The notes: generated by a model from the sequence alone, not told the origin. Positions 1 to 15,394 are shown, counted from the stretch's first letter. The stretch: DNA of 64,000 bases from Octopus sinensis (GCF_006345805.1 NC_042997.1:151528001-151592000); one strand, 5' to 3'. Numbers and translations are program-made.

Positions 1-824
1 AGTTGGTGCAAGGTCTGGTGAATATAGTTGATGACAGAGTGCGTCTAAGTTCAGTTCCTGTAACTTCAGTAGCGTTCTTTGTGCATCATGTGGCCGAGCA
101 CTGTCTTGCAAGTGAACTGGCTTGTCTCTACTGACCAATCTCGGTTGTTTAATGATTAGTTCATTCATCATTTTATTCAATTGGTCGATGTATACATCCG
201 CTATAACTGACTTACAAGGTATCATGAAGGTGCAGTGGATGACACCAGCGCGGGACCACCAAGCAGATATCATTAACTTTTTTTAGAGAATATTCTTTTT
301 TGGATTGTGTTTTGGCACTTCGTCTCTATCCAACCACCGTGCAGAACGCTTGCTATTGTTGAAAAGAATCCATTTTTCATTACACATAACAATACGATGC
401 AAAAATTGTTTTATACCGTGACAGCAAATAACAAGTTTCAAGATGACATGTCATTTGATGCTCGCTCAGTTCATGTGGTACCCGCTTGTCCAGCTTCTTT
501 ACCTTGCCGATTTGTTTCAGATGGTGCAATGCGGTGGGAATTGAAACATCAAACTTTGCTGCTAACGCATGCGTAGTTTGAGATGGATCCGCCTCCACGA
601 CAGTTTCCAGCTCATCATTATCCACCTTGGTCTCAGGTCTATCACGTGGCTGATTTTCAAGAGTAAAGTTACCAGACCGGAACTTCTCAAACTATCGACG
701 TACAGAGCGCTCATTCGCCACATCTTCACCAAACATTTCATTCATGGTTCGAGCTGTCTAGGATACATTGGCTCCACGACGGAACTCATATTCAAAAGTA
801 ACACGAATTTTTTTATTTATCCAT
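1..824 (-). pseudogene. mariner (Tc1/mariner, DD34D-type) transposase pseudogene, truncated by window edge
   Basis: The minus strand gives MDK*KIRVTFEYEFRRG at 824, then DNDELETVVEADPSQTTHALAAKFDVSIPTALHHLKQIGKVKKLDKRVPHEL (WVPHEL motif). It continues RIVMCNEKWILFDN (first catalytic D degraded), QDSARPH, and HQLYSPDLAPT at 33-1 (YSPDLAP motif; the third D would be the next codon, outside the window). Several stops and frameshifts. A probable TIR lies near 960-995, but its partner is outside the window. Confidence 0.93.
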
Positions 825-1217
825 GAGTCCACAAAAATTGATTTACAGGAGAAAACTCACAATATAATCAGACACCATGAATTGCATTTCGAAAACTTAT
901 GAATTAACTCTTCAGTGACGTAAAACAAAGAATTGCCATGATAAAACAAACTTGTTTCATAAGAAAATCGGACATTTCATTCTTGGTAGCCTTGTCGATA
1001 GGCTATATTTTGAATATAATAGCATGGCACATTTTACATGATAGAAGAAGTTGATCATGGTCAAGCAGAGACTGAACATTAGCAGCTTCAACAAGTATTT
1101 GTTGCTCTTATTCTCTCTGTTGATTAGTCTAAGATATTCAATTTGTAAATATGACTTATTTAGAAGAATGAATGACTACTTCATCTAATGTACTTTTCAT
1201 CATTGACTATTCACAAC

Positions 1218-1412
1218 TTTCAGTCGTTGGACTGTTGTCATGCTCCAGCACCGCCTTGAGAGATCAGTCGAACAGATAGACCCCCCAATACTTACTTTTA
1301 AACTCTACACTTATTCCATCGGTTACTTAGGCCGAACCAATATGTTACGGGAACTTAAACAAAACAACACAAGTTTTCAAGCGGTAGTGAAGCGGAAACA
1401 ATAACACAAAGA
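1218..1412 (-). mobile_element. tRNA/CORE-like SINE, 3' half, degraded
   Basis: Aligns by eye to the reverse complement of the 3' half (45080-45250) of the full SINE copy at 44741-45250 (cagtc...catgctccagcaccgcc...cttattc.atcgg...gccgaacc...gttacgggaac). Confidence 0.75.
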
Positions 1413-1424
1413 CTTACATACTCA

Positions 1425-1488
1425 TACACGCGCATACACTCACACAGGTATATGTATGTATGTACTTATATATATGTATATATATGCG

Positions 1489-1528
<40 letters not shown>

Positions 1529-1605
1529 CATACATATACATATACATACATAATACACACACATACAGACACAGACACAGACACACACATGCAGACACAG
1601 ACACA

Positions 1606-1690
<85 letters not shown>
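1425..1690. repeat. compound (TA)n/(CA)n/(CAGA)n microsatellite
   Basis: Visible directly; it explains the IY/YI/TH/VC ORFs at 1414-1773. Confidence 0.95.
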
Positions 1691-1692
<2 letters not shown>

Positions 1693-2007
1693 GAGTAAGT
1701 GCATAAATGGCAAACAAGGTGGAAAAAATAGTATTCGAATACCGGAGGTAGAGTAACGTGCATTTTTTTTCAAAGCAGCAAAAACATCAAAGGAACCTGC
1801 TGCTCAGTGTTCACGTTCCCATTCGTCGGGCAATTGCGATCAAGATTCTTGATCACAACTGCCTGACGAACAGGAACCTGAAACTCTCAGTAGCAGTTTT
1901 TTTTTATGTTTTTGCAGCTTTAATAATAAAAAAAAAAAGCATATTACTCTACCTCCGGTATTCAACTACTATTTTTTCCACCTTGTTTGGCATTTATGTG
2001 CATATTC

Positions 2008-2009
<2 letters not shown>
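1691..2009. mobile_element. fold-back (tail-to-tail) PLE-type terminal repeat pair
   Basis: Arm 1691-1845 is an imperfect reverse complement of arm 1847-2009 (centre gatcaaga-t-tcttgatc). The left arm is the same family as 27007-27124. The right arm carries a hammerhead core, and both sides are flanked by TA/TG microsatellite. Confidence 0.75.
1857..1898 (+). ncRNA. type-I hammerhead ribozyme motif (helix II degenerate)
   Basis: aactgc-CTGACGA-acaggaacct-GAAA-ctctcag-TA-gcagtt. Helix I aactgc/gcagtt pairs over 6 bp, core at 1863-1869, GAAA at 1880-1883, helix III act/agt, GUA cleavage triplet at 1890-1892. Helix II has two mismatches relative to acg-ggaa-cgt. Confidence 0.65.
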
Positions 2010-2088
<79 letters not shown>

Positions 2089-2099
2089 TCAATTCAAAT

Positions 2100-2250
2100 A
2101 AACGAATAAAAATAAACGAAAAGAAAACGAGCGTGAGGACATGCACAAGAAATACATTAGCTTAAAGCTCGTTTCAAGCATAGCTCTTCATCAGAAAGAA
2201 GGGAAAAGTCCAAAGATGGAAAAGAAATCGCCAGTGGCACGATTGTTGTT
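2100..2250 (-). mobile_element. PLE-type terminal repeat remnant with truncated hammerhead motif
   Basis: Minus strand 2200-2161 reads ttcttt-CTGATGA-a-gagc-tat-gctt-GAAA-cg, then breaks off (no GUH, no 3' helix I strand). Same architecture as the motifs at 16940-16974 and 61544-61577. Confidence 0.55.
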
Positions 2251-2789
2251 ATATTGCTGATATATATGGCTGTGAGGTAAGAAGGCGCCGATGCATATAT
2301 ATTACGGGCTTCTTTCAATTTTTACCTCCCAAATTCCTCCCAAATTTATTCACATGGCGCTGGCATACTCTAATTAATTATCGAGAGGTAGGATTTGAAG
2401 GAAAACTCGGAAACAGTTTCCAAGCAAGTTATCTACAGAAAAAGTATGACTATGCTATGTATGTTTTCAGCGAGGATGTATACTTCATTATCCTCTTCCA
2501 ATATACAAAAGATGATAAATGATCATTCATGAAACTCTATAAAAAAAAGCGTGATGTTAATCAAATATGTCATAAAGAAAAATTGTTTTCCTTGAAAACT
2601 ATTTGTGAGTTTGGAGAACTGGAATTCTATTTATCAAATACCATCATGCAAACATTCACAGATATTCGTTCAGACATTCGCATGCGCATAAATACAAAGA
2701 CAAATATGTATGAGCCTATGAATTCCTATATGTCTGTATGTATCTATGTATGTATCTATGTATGCATGTATGTATCTATCTATCTATAC

Positions 2790-2857
<68 letters not shown>

Positions 2858-2996
2858 ATAGATATATGTATATATGAATATATATGTACATATACATATA
2901 TACATATATACATACACATTGACACAAACACACACACACACATCAATATTGATATATGCGCATATATCTATATCTATATCTATATCTATCTATATA

Positions 2997-3061
<65 letters not shown>

Positions 3062-3185
3062 TATATAAGTCTATCTATCTTTCTCTATGTGTATTTGTGT
3101 GTATAATATATACCTATATATATATATATGTGTTTGTGGGGGGCTGTATTCTACAGACACGTACACATATATACATATATATATG

Positions 3186-3980
3186 ATCAACCCCGTGAAA
3201 GCCCTTGCTGAAATCAAAGTAAATGATATCGGTGTTGGAGCTCTCCTCCAAGGGTCTCACAATATCATCAAAGTGATGCAGGAGCTGCGTTAGGCAGTTC
3301 GTTCCATTACGGAACTTGTATCTTCTCTTGCTAGTCTGTGGAGGAACTCACTGGATGCTGCCTATATTCCTGAAAACTTTCTGTCCCAGTTTTCAAAAAG
3401 GGACACGAGTCCCTTGAAGTGAACTACCGTCCGATCTCACCCATTTCTCGTATCATCAACGTATTTGAGAGGGTGGTGGGATCACGAATAACCCACTTTA
3501 TGAAAGCAACAGTTTGGTAAATCCCAACCAACATGAGTTTCGTAATAGAATGAAATGCCTAACGCATCTCCTGCATCACTTTGATAACATTTTGACAGCT
3601 TTGGAAGAGGGGTCCAACACCGATCACCTCTACCTTGATTTCTACAAAGCCTTTGACAGAGCTGATCATAAGATTCGCTTGAAAAAACCTTTTAACATTG
3701 GTGTCTCTGGAAAGTTACTACACGGGATCAAATGTTTCCTGAAAGACAGAACCCAATACGTTGTAGTCGAAGGAGTAAAATCAAGACCAGCCAAAGTCAG
3801 TAGTGGTTTTCCATAAGGCTCTGTGTTAGGCCCACTTCTTTTCATCTACATCTATGACATCATCAAGCAGAGTAAAATAAGAATCTTTCAGATGATTCCA
3901 AGCTTGAGAAGGTCATCAATGAAGGAACAACAGATGCGGGAAGTAGACTCAAATATTTTATTTGTAGATGACACTTCACA
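3186..3980 (+). pseudogene. CR1/L2/Jockey-group non-LTR retrotransposon reverse transcriptase fragment
   Basis: NYRPIS, NPNQHEFR, LYLDFYKAFD, FLKDRTQYVVVEG, SGFP*GSVLGPLLFI and LFVDDT match RT subdomains (YRPISL, QHGFR, YLDFAKAFD, GVPQGSVLGP, FADD). Frameshifts and stops present. Confidence 0.9.
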
Positions 3981-5485
3981 ATACTTTGCTCTAATTTTCT
4001 CGTTACCTATATTCGAACAATAATGAAAATGGAAACATAAAACTAATTATTTTAACAATATACAATAAATGTCTTTATAGAACAATGAATTATGGCTGGT
4101 ACATGTGGGATAAAAAGGAAATATTATTGTAATCGTTACTTGAAAAAGAAGGGCATTTAACAGAATACATTCGTAGAAATATGTTAAATTTAGAAAGCAA
4201 CATACAAGACATATACATCGACATAAACTATGGAATGTAAAATTTATATTCATAGCTGGTAAAAAACATAAAGGTGCTGATGAATTAACTCCTGGGGGAC
4301 AAACGATTTTAGAGATTTTGGAGGTGATACAAAATATGAATATTACGTCGTTACTCCGTCAGGGGTTGGTTGGTTTGTCGTATCAAATGTATATTTTAGT
4401 CAGGTGAAAGCTCCATGCCCATAAACCCTTACGCAGTTTTAGCAGTTTCAAGGAGTGAAAGAGGGAGAATATTTTCCTCAAACTGATGACACAGCCGCAA
4501 TGTCTGCAACACAGTGGGCTCAGCTAAAGGCACGCACGATAGCAGATGATAGTACTAATCTAATTGACTGATTATGTCTACTAGCCATACTGTCAAAATC
4601 AGAACGAAAAGGGCTGAAGCAAATACCGTTAGCTTTTGAGTTAGAGTGTCTTACAATACTGCTAATCCACAACGGTAGATGGATACAATTGATACTATTT
4701 TTCTCGACTCTGAAAGAGTAAATCCAGGGTCTACCACAGTAAAAGGTAACACAAAATCTGTATTTAGACCGCAGAGAGTCATAGATAACTGTAAAATACG
4801 AATTTCGGAGAGTACCCGCAGGACATTGATCTCAAGTTGTTCACTCTAATAACAGTTCAAGTAAAATAATATGCAAAGTTTCTCATTTCAACAAAACTTG
4901 CAATGCATATCTAATCGAAGGCTATGTGTATTTATGCATCGCTTAGTTTGAATTAGACTAGTGGATTTTATATGCCCTAGACCTTGTTTCATTTATAAAT
5001 GAAATGTTTGTATTTTATCGTAGCTATAAAAGATGTAAGAAAATGTGACCTTCTATATAAGAATTATAGGAATTATATCCAAAGAATATAAATCATCACA
5101 AAAACCTAATGCCAAAAATCACCCAGGATTTTCTACCGTAGGAGCAAGATTTATTCGAGACAACCTTCTTGTCTAGCGCAAAATGAACGTTTTTGAATTA
5201 GGCAGATGCTGCAATCACGTCAAATGTGTAATCAGATGAATAGGTATAATAATTACAGTTGATAATACAGACTAAAGTGATAAATATAAGTGCCTCGAGG
5301 AATTATAATGACTTGACCAAAAATTGCTTTAGTTCCCAGTTTTATCATTTCCTTGTTACAGGATACATGCAAGTACCCTGTAAGAGAATTCTCTTTCTCT
5401 TTCTCTCTCTCTCCTCTCTCTTTCTCTCTCTCTCTCTCACGCACACACACATACACACACATACACATACACATACATGCATATA

Positions 5486-6946
<1,461 letters not shown>

Positions 6947-6967
6947 AAGAATTTATATATATATAAT

Positions 6968-7185
6968 TTTCAAAGATTTCGTACAAGCCCAGCAAATTCG
7001 GGGAGGGGTTTCCGCGCATTACATCAACCACACTGTTCAACTAGTTCTTATTTTATCAACCCAGAAGGAGGGAACGCAATGTCTACCTCGGCGGAATTTG
7101 AAACCAGAACTTAAACACGGACGAAATACCCGCTAAGCATTTTCTTTGCCCGGTCTGCTAAAAACTTTTCCAGTTTGTTGCCTTA
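6968..7185 (-). mobile_element. tRNA-derived SINE with Nin/Deu-like central domain, degraded
   Basis: Aligns to 63231-63609 and to the reverse complement of 38983-39213 (cttattttatcaaccc...ctcggcggaatttgaa...gaaatacccgctaagcattt). Confidence 0.8.
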
Positions 7186-7394
7186 CACGCTGTATTGATA
7201 TAAGAAGGAGAAACTATGACGTACAAAATACAATGTTCAATACGATGTTATTTACATACGAACATTGAGTTAAATATTTTAGTCATGTATTCTATGCTGT
7301 ATATTTTGCATTCATGCAAGTATGTCTACTGATATACATACATACAGATACATATACATAAATATATATATAATATATATATATAATATATATA

Positions 7395-7461
<67 letters not shown>

Positions 7462-8619
7462 CACACACACACGTTTAGGCGATATGTGTGAATATATGAG
7501 CATTTCCTTATGATAGTCTTTGATAAACACAATTGCGGTTCTCTAAACTCACAAATGGCTTTCAAAGAAAATAATTCTTCTTCATGACATATTTGATTTA
7601 CATCACTCTTTTTATAGAGTTTCGTGAATGATCATTTATCATCCTTTATATATTGAATGGGTATAATCAGATTTACCTCTCTGCTGAAAACATACAATAG
7701 CGTATTGCGGGTTATATTTACAATGTAACCGACCAGATCGGAAGTAGTACCTACATTTTCTTTCAAATATTATCCTATCGTTTTTTTTTTTTAAAAAAAG
7801 GACAGGCACATCAGATAATTCAGTCGTTCGCAGTTCTAAAGGAATATCAGATCACAGGTGGAATGTCTTCCCATCATACATATTCTACCTTAAGGCCTAT
7901 CATTAGTGTAAAGACCAACGACGAGAAGAACAATACATATCAGTTTTTATACATAAGCAACGCCCAACATAAAACAATTTTTACAATTCAGCATAAATAT
8001 ATATATGTATATCTTCTCTAATCGTAGCTACTCTGTGTCAGCATAACCCAACACTTATTTCTTTGCACCAAATGTTCTTTTTCATGCTAAGTGCCCGAAT
8101 ATCGGCCATGCAAATTTCAGAGCGTGTATTTGCGAAGTTCTTCCAGCCAAAAGTATGTATGTATCTACCTATGTTCCTGTATGTTATTGTACGTTACGTA
8201 CGTATGTGTGTGTACATGCACATACACACACACATACATACTTAGTGATACATCAATATATACCAATATTTTATATATTCTGTACGTGCGTGTATGTTTG
8301 TGTTTGCGATTGCATGTGTATATAAATGTATGTATGCTTATATATGTTTTCACATTTACCTGTTTATTAGACATTGAGAGATGATTTTTCACAAAGTATC
8401 AAAGGCTATGTCACTGAAATTAGAATACCAACAATTGTTATACAGTGATCTTTGAGAAAGTCTAGCATACTTTTACTTTTCCCCCAACTAAAAGTCAAGT
8501 TGACAACTACAAATACAAAACATATATACACATACGTTTGCATACATATTTATATTGAGTCAGGTAGTGAGAGTTGCAGATGTGACGTTTTGAGCATGGC
8601 CACCTAATGATTTGCATAT

Positions 8620-8965
8620 GTATGTATGTATGTCATTATTCAGTTTATTTCAAGATGTCTAACCAATAGAGAGAGAACCGGTTTCTAACCTAGATCAAAG
8701 GTTCATTCATTGGAATTTCATCAACAACACGATATATTCGTATGTATGTATGTGCAGATTTGTATGTTTATGCGTGTATTCCCATGCATATAGTTACATG
8801 TCTAGACATGCTCATATATATTTAAATGAAAAACTTCTGGAAAGTTTTACAGATTTTCACAGTTCCAGTGATGGATTGGATCTGTAATCTTCGAATTAGC
8901 TTTCTCCTTTCTGGTTTTGAGAAGCCTAATTTCTCAAAATTGGTATTTAGGTAGTGTATTACATA
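8620..8965 (-). mobile_element. 3' end of an RLE-type (R4/Dong/HERO-like) non-LTR retrotransposon
   Basis: Open frame 8965-8822: YVIHYLNTNFEKLGFSKPERRKLIRRLQIQSITGTVKICKTFQKFFI*, resembling the helical C-terminus that follows restriction-like endonuclease domains. The 3' UTR ends aataaactgaataatgac(atac)n, and its last ~110 bp recur at 38098-38212. Clade assignment is tentative. Confidence 0.65.
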
Positions 8966-9256
8966 GTTCTTTATTTACGAGATGAGGAATTATGCACATT
9001 ATTTACATTATTTACATTATTTACATTTGACGGATATTTGTTTGATATGTACGTATGTATGCATGTATGTTTGTGTGTATGTATGTATGTATGCGTGGGG
9101 TCCGATTCCCAATGGAGGCTTACTGGCCCTTTTTTCTGTCTTCTAAAGGGTATTTATCCGGTTTTCTATGTGGTCTTCGTAGTTTACTTGCGTTCGCAAA
9201 TCCTTAATGTAGAATAGCAACACATACAGCGCTAATAAGTTTTTTTACTATATATA

Positions 9257-9346
<90 letters not shown>

Positions 9347-10394
9347 GTGTATGTATATGTATATATACACATACATATATATATACATATATATATATTA
9401 TGTATGCGTATGTATATATATACATACATACATTCATACATTCATACACACACACACACACATAAAAACATACATACACACATACATACATACATACATA
9501 CATACATACATACATACATACATGCATACATACATACATAGTGGATATTACGATGACACTCGATCTATGGGTCAGCTGCCGATATGTAATATGCCACTGT
9601 GAAACATGTTACTCAGAATAAGATGTAACGGCTGAATGCTTACTTCATTTACTATAAAATTATTGGGAAGTTGGGAAACATACAGCCACTATACTACATA
9701 TCGCAAAATACAGAAATACACGGGTCAGTTTGGGCAATCAATGTCGTCAAATATAGCTTCTTAACTCCTTTTGCATTTTGTAGTAGCAAGTAAGCGTAAA
9801 AGGCTATCGGAGAAACCATGAAGAAAATCCGTATTGGAAAGACAAGTGGGTTTGTAAGAAGGAGAGGTTTCAGCACTACTCTTCTGTGATGCCCTGCAGT
9901 GTTGATTGATTTTTTATACATATTGAATTTCTCACTCCTTGGAAATTTGCCAATAAGCGGACTGATGTTATGTGATAACAGGTCAATGTTTGTTTCTCTT
10001 ACTGCCCAGTCAAAAGTAATATTATACCTGCAGCAATATATTTTCAATAGAGTGGACAGTCCAACCCTACGCAATCAGTGTGGAAACGATACAGGATATG
10101 AGTACTTGCAAACGAGAGTTTAGAAAGAGTACCACGGGCCAACTCTGGAAATGTGTGTGTTTTAACAGTTGCACTTATAAAGAGGGGCCGACTACAAATT
10201 AGCCAACCACCAGCCAGTGCAATGCTAATTTTAAAATCTGGTTCATATACGGGGTGTATGAACCTAATCAACAATTCAAAAAAGGCAGTAAGTTTTTAAG
10301 GTGTAGCTAGGTGAAAGAGTGTACGCCCAACAAAATTAGGAATTATGCATGTGAAGTAAATGAGTACCAGACTTAGCAGTAACACAATAGACAC

Positions 10395-10552
10395 AAGAAC
10401 TGAAATTTGGGGGCGGAGACTAGTCGATCACATCGACCCCAGTGTGTCACCGGTACTTATTTCATCGAGCCCGAAAAGATAAGGGCAAAGTTGTTCCCGG
10501 TGGTATTTGAACTCAGAACGTAGCGACGGGCGAAATACCGGTAAGCATTTTC
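10395..10552 (-). mobile_element. Nin/Deu-domain SINE, partial
   Basis: tagtcgatcacatcgaccccagtg...ggtacttatttcatcgagcccgaaa...ggcaaagtt...atttgaactcagaacgtagcg matches the 63231-63609 copy. Confidence 0.85.
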
Positions 10553-10859
10553 CTCCACCAGACTTAGCAATAACGTCTTGCAATTGATTTTTAACGTCTA
10601 AAGTATGGTGATTATTGATAATCTACTAAAATCATTGCAGGCGACACGATTGACTAATCCCAGGTCTTTGAGTGTAGAATCATGTTTTTACTGACAAGTC
10701 AGCAGAATTGAAGACCACCACTTGTATGGTTAAGTTATACGAAGGCTTACCGTACAAGCGATGGGTTTTAATAATAAACTCTTTAGTAGCGTAAATTCAC
10801 CCAAGTGAGACAAAACAAGCGCATCCTCTTCTTAGAAAAATCACTAAGTCAGGTCCTGC

Positions 10860-13030
10860 AAATAATTTTTGAGCATATACTATACACTTGAATCAGACAA
10901 TGACCTCAATGACAAATTTTATGACGATTAGCTGAATGGTTGCACAAAATACTGACTGAATACTATCTATGTTTTTGATGATGTCTGTTTTGGAGTTCGA
11001 TTCGATAAAGTAAACTGGCCTCCATACTTAAGACATTTTGGAGTTAGATTAAGAAAAAATAAGACATCCACCACTTGAGTTATAAATTCACTAATTCCTC
11101 GCTGTAAAAAAAATTGCAGCAGCAAGAAATTTATCGAAAGTTTTCGTCGTTCCAACTTATATCAGGACATTGACATCAGTTCGATATTATTTTATTTCGA
11201 AGTACCATCTCTACTTTACAAAATCTGCAAAATTGTATTATAGAATTAATTTCCTATTGCTTGGTCGAAAATAGTTTCTAAGAAGTTTCAATCATTTTAT
11301 ATGCATCTTATCCTGTGAGTAGACTTTGGAGTATTTCTTAATTCATCTGTTTAGATGTACATTTTTTTTACTACAATCTCCAAATCGCTTTCATAACATA
11401 ATGTCGGAAGTAATATCATTTTATTGACAACGTCTTAAAACCTCCCGTACCTGATATATGCTGCATACCAGAATAAACTTGTCGCAATAGTCATTAGAAA
11501 ACTTGTGAACTGTTCATTAGGTATTTGACTTAATTACTCACAACTCACTGACTGTATCTTTCGGTGTGTGGAGTTCAACAACTCTTTCTTTTTGTAGTTT
11601 CAACAGTATTACGAATATAAATGAAATACATAGCAGCAAAGCAACTAGCAGTGACATCATTCTGACTGAGCTCTTTAAAGGTTACAAGGACATTAATTTG
11701 CTCCTTCTATATGAATTAATGATATTTTGTAAGAGGCAGACTACCATTACAGATGAAATTAGAATTACTAATACCATAACATTGTAAAAATATCTTAGAA
11801 AACAAATGCAACTGTGATGAGTACATATGAATTACTTTGCTAGGCTGTCAAGAAAAAGTATATTCCTGTATTCTTTTAAAGTGGGAATATAATCTGGCGG
11901 AAACAATATCGTTAATGATTTGAATAGATTCAAGAGGAGCGTTATGAGAAAGGACAAGTACTTCATACTGCTTTTATGCACTCAACAGGTCAGAGCTTTT
12001 AAACTTTCTGAATAAAGGGAGATGGACTTCATTATTGCTGAAGACAGTTCTCACCTTCTACAGGGTTAAGAATGCCACTGTGCAATGTACTAGTTCCACT
12101 TGAAACAGCTTTGGTCATGTTAAAAGTGAAATCAAGAAGGATTCAGTGCAAAATTTGTCTTGTTATAGGCATGCATTCAATGAAACACGTGGTGGTACGT
12201 TCCTGCACTGGTGAATAGACGTGTGTCGGTTCAAATTAGCATATACGTATACGTGTGCCAACGTAGAAATATTAAATTCCATAATTCAAGAGAATCTATT
12301 TGTGGACGATGCGGTACTAGATATTCACACTGAATTAGCTTTATCAAAACTGTATGGTAATCTTTCGCAAATCTACATAGCGCTTTCACGAGAAAATAGC
12401 CCGAAGGAGACAATAATCCTATAAAAAGAAAGCGTGACACCTGTTTGCACCAACTTGGATACAGAATGACAACTGGTAAATTTTCTTGTATGGGCTCTGC
12501 GACATAATTGGAATCTTCAGATTAGGAAATCAATATTAGAATAAAGAAATCAGTTATATCATATGAAATACGAAAAGTATATAGAATAATAAAGTATTCA
12601 AAACTAAGATCACCTTCCATGATGCATGCATCCTCTGTACATTGTGTGATTGCAAGTCTTGGACTACGTCCCCAAGAAATGCAAAATATCTCATTGTTCT
12701 GCTTACAGTGCGCCGTGACTTCCTAAAAATCTCGTAGCAAGACAGCGGAATACCGTCACCTACATCACATTATATTATTGCAAATATCACAACTACCAGA
12801 CTTAATGCCACTCTTTTGAAGGCGAATTTTTATAATGGCTTGATCAGGAAAACTATGTCACAAAACAGTTGCTTTTTAGAAACATTTTCTCAATGAGTAC
12901 AAGAAAAAATAGGAAAACCAACCTGCACTTATAAAGACATCTTTAAGAACAGTCTGTCAAGTACTATATTGATCGTTAAAATGGGAATGTCGCTGTTGAT
13001 GTAACGACTTGCAGAACGGCAATCAGTATA
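10860..13030 (+). pseudogene. highly degraded RTE (BovB-like) LINE: APE endonuclease plus RT remnant
   Basis: AY..TLESDNDLNDKFYDD and WPPYLRHFG at 10870-11045 (APE). INEIHSSKATSSDIILTELFKGYKDINLLLLYELM...TNTITL at 11600-11787, LFVDDAVL near 12300, CKSWTTS near 12650 and GKPTCTYKDIFKNSL near 12910-12955 align with the RTE RT and C-terminal consensus. Confidence 0.75.
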
Positions 13031-14473
13031 GGTTTCACCATTATAGAACAGAAGCAAATACAACTTTCTGATTGCAGACAAATATAAGAAAAATGAAACC
13101 CGTTCAAATAGGTCGCATCTCAATAGAAAGTTAGTTATGGCAGGGCTTAACAGTAGCGTAGCTTTCAAACGTTATAGGATCGTTTGAAGCAGATGTTAAA
13201 GGCCATTGATATGCACATTTTAATTATATGTATGGATATGTATAATGAGTTAGTTATATATTGTCAATATTATTTTAAGTCTTCATAAGTGAGAAACACA
13301 AGACATACTGCATCCACCACACGGCCGTTTGTTCGATTTGAAAAACTTCCCTCCGCTGTTTTCCAGTTGGTGTTCCACGTCATAGCAGTATTCGTATATA
13401 AAGTTAATGACAGGGGTAAAATATGAATCGCGATGCAAAACCAGTGCAATGCTACAGTTATTATTTCGTTGTTTGTATGTTGTGGCGGTTACGATTTGCT
13501 TCGGAGAAAAATTTCTTCATTTGTTATATTGAACAACTGTAGACTTTTCTGACTATTCAGATGACTTTGCAGTAAAAGTATTTAGTTTCTTGAGTCTCAT
13601 TTTATAAACTTCACTACCATTTGGATTACAAAAGTATTGGTCGAACTATTTGACCAACAAAACAGACAAGGTCGCATTTTGACTTCCAAGTATGGCACTA
13701 AAATTGGAATGAGGCCCTTAGGTTGCTAGTTCTATTGTTCACATGTTATATACTTATATTACTGCTGATTCCATTTTCTGATCAGAAAAATATACACATC
13801 ATCAACATGAAGAGAGTTGATTTGGCTAAAACATAAATAAAATCGTCTTGCTCTTTGCATAGCTAATTCTGAACCCGGTCTTCTTATCAATTAGAGTATC
13901 GTAGTTAATTCTTGTATGCAAGGCTGTGTTTCTGATAGAGGTGCAATTTCAACAGCAAAAGCCAGAACCATAGGGCATCTTCATTAATCTCATCATGATC
14001 CTCAAATGCATATTTTTATTATCTTCTACACATAGTCCAAATTTAACTCTAAGCATGAATAGTAATTCGATGGAGCCTCATCGGATGCCAGTGATGATAC
14101 TAAACTTGTTACTATTGCGAGTATCTGTTCTGACAAAGCTGCATAAGAAATGGAGACTTCATAAAAAATTTTGACAATGTAAACATATAAACGTACATTT
14201 GGCGACCATTATACATTTACATGATATTCTCTAGTGATTCAAGATGTATGCCGCCAAATGTCTTTTGGTAGTCCACAGATAGTACTGACAGGGTCAACCG
14301 GAAATTTATGCATTTTCACGATGTTTCTCCGTGGAAATTTCTTCAGCGTAAACGTATATGTGTGTCAGATTTGTGCTTGTCAGTTTATTTTCACATTTAT
14401 ATGTATGTATGTATGTATGCATGTATGTATGTATGTATGTTTGTATGTATGTATGTATGTATATATATATATG

Positions 14474-14509
<36 letters not shown>

Positions 14510-15322
14510 TATATATATACATCTATTTTTGCAAAGAGCGTATAGATATTTATGCATATGAGTATGTATCAGAATGCACATATACATGTCTATGTATATG
14601 CAGACATATATGTGTGTGTGACTGTGAGTTTGTGTGTGTGCGCGTGTGCGTGTTTGTGTTTGAGTGTGTGTGTGTGTATGTGTGTGTGTTTCTTTTTTGG
14701 GTGAGTGTGTGTGTATGTGTGTATTTATACAGAAGTGGGGAAGTTTCAAATAACTATATTCTATTCCGATCAATGTATATATTATATATAATTTCTATAT
14801 ATTTTTTTAAATTATTTGTAAGGAAATTTATGATCAATATCCTCATTTGATATTTGGGTTGCCGAGTAAATCTACTCCCTGGTTGTCTACAGTGCAGTTT
14901 CCATTATTGATTTTTGATATTGACATTCTCTTTCAGACTGTGAGTGATTCATAACGTTTGATCTGAATTTTTTTTTTAACTCAAGTGAAAAGAAATGGCT
15001 AAAACATAGAATACAACTTTAGTATTGAGAAACTGAATTGATACAATAACAGAAATTGGGCCACACAACCAGACTGCACTCTAATAAATATGATTGCTTC
15101 CAGGTACCCTGTAAAATTATTGGCAATAAAATCGCACGATAAGCCATGTAAATCTGAATCTGCTTCGTGTCTCGTCAGCGAGGGAAGTTTTGCTTTCCAT
15201 TTCCAAAGAGGTTATCATAATGCATTCATTAACCTGCCACAAATAGCAGCTAAAATACTCTGAAACACTTCCCTTCCCCAAGTCATGTTGCATCAACTTT
15301 AAAAAGATGAGGGAAAACGTAG

Positions 15323-15394
<72 letters not shown>

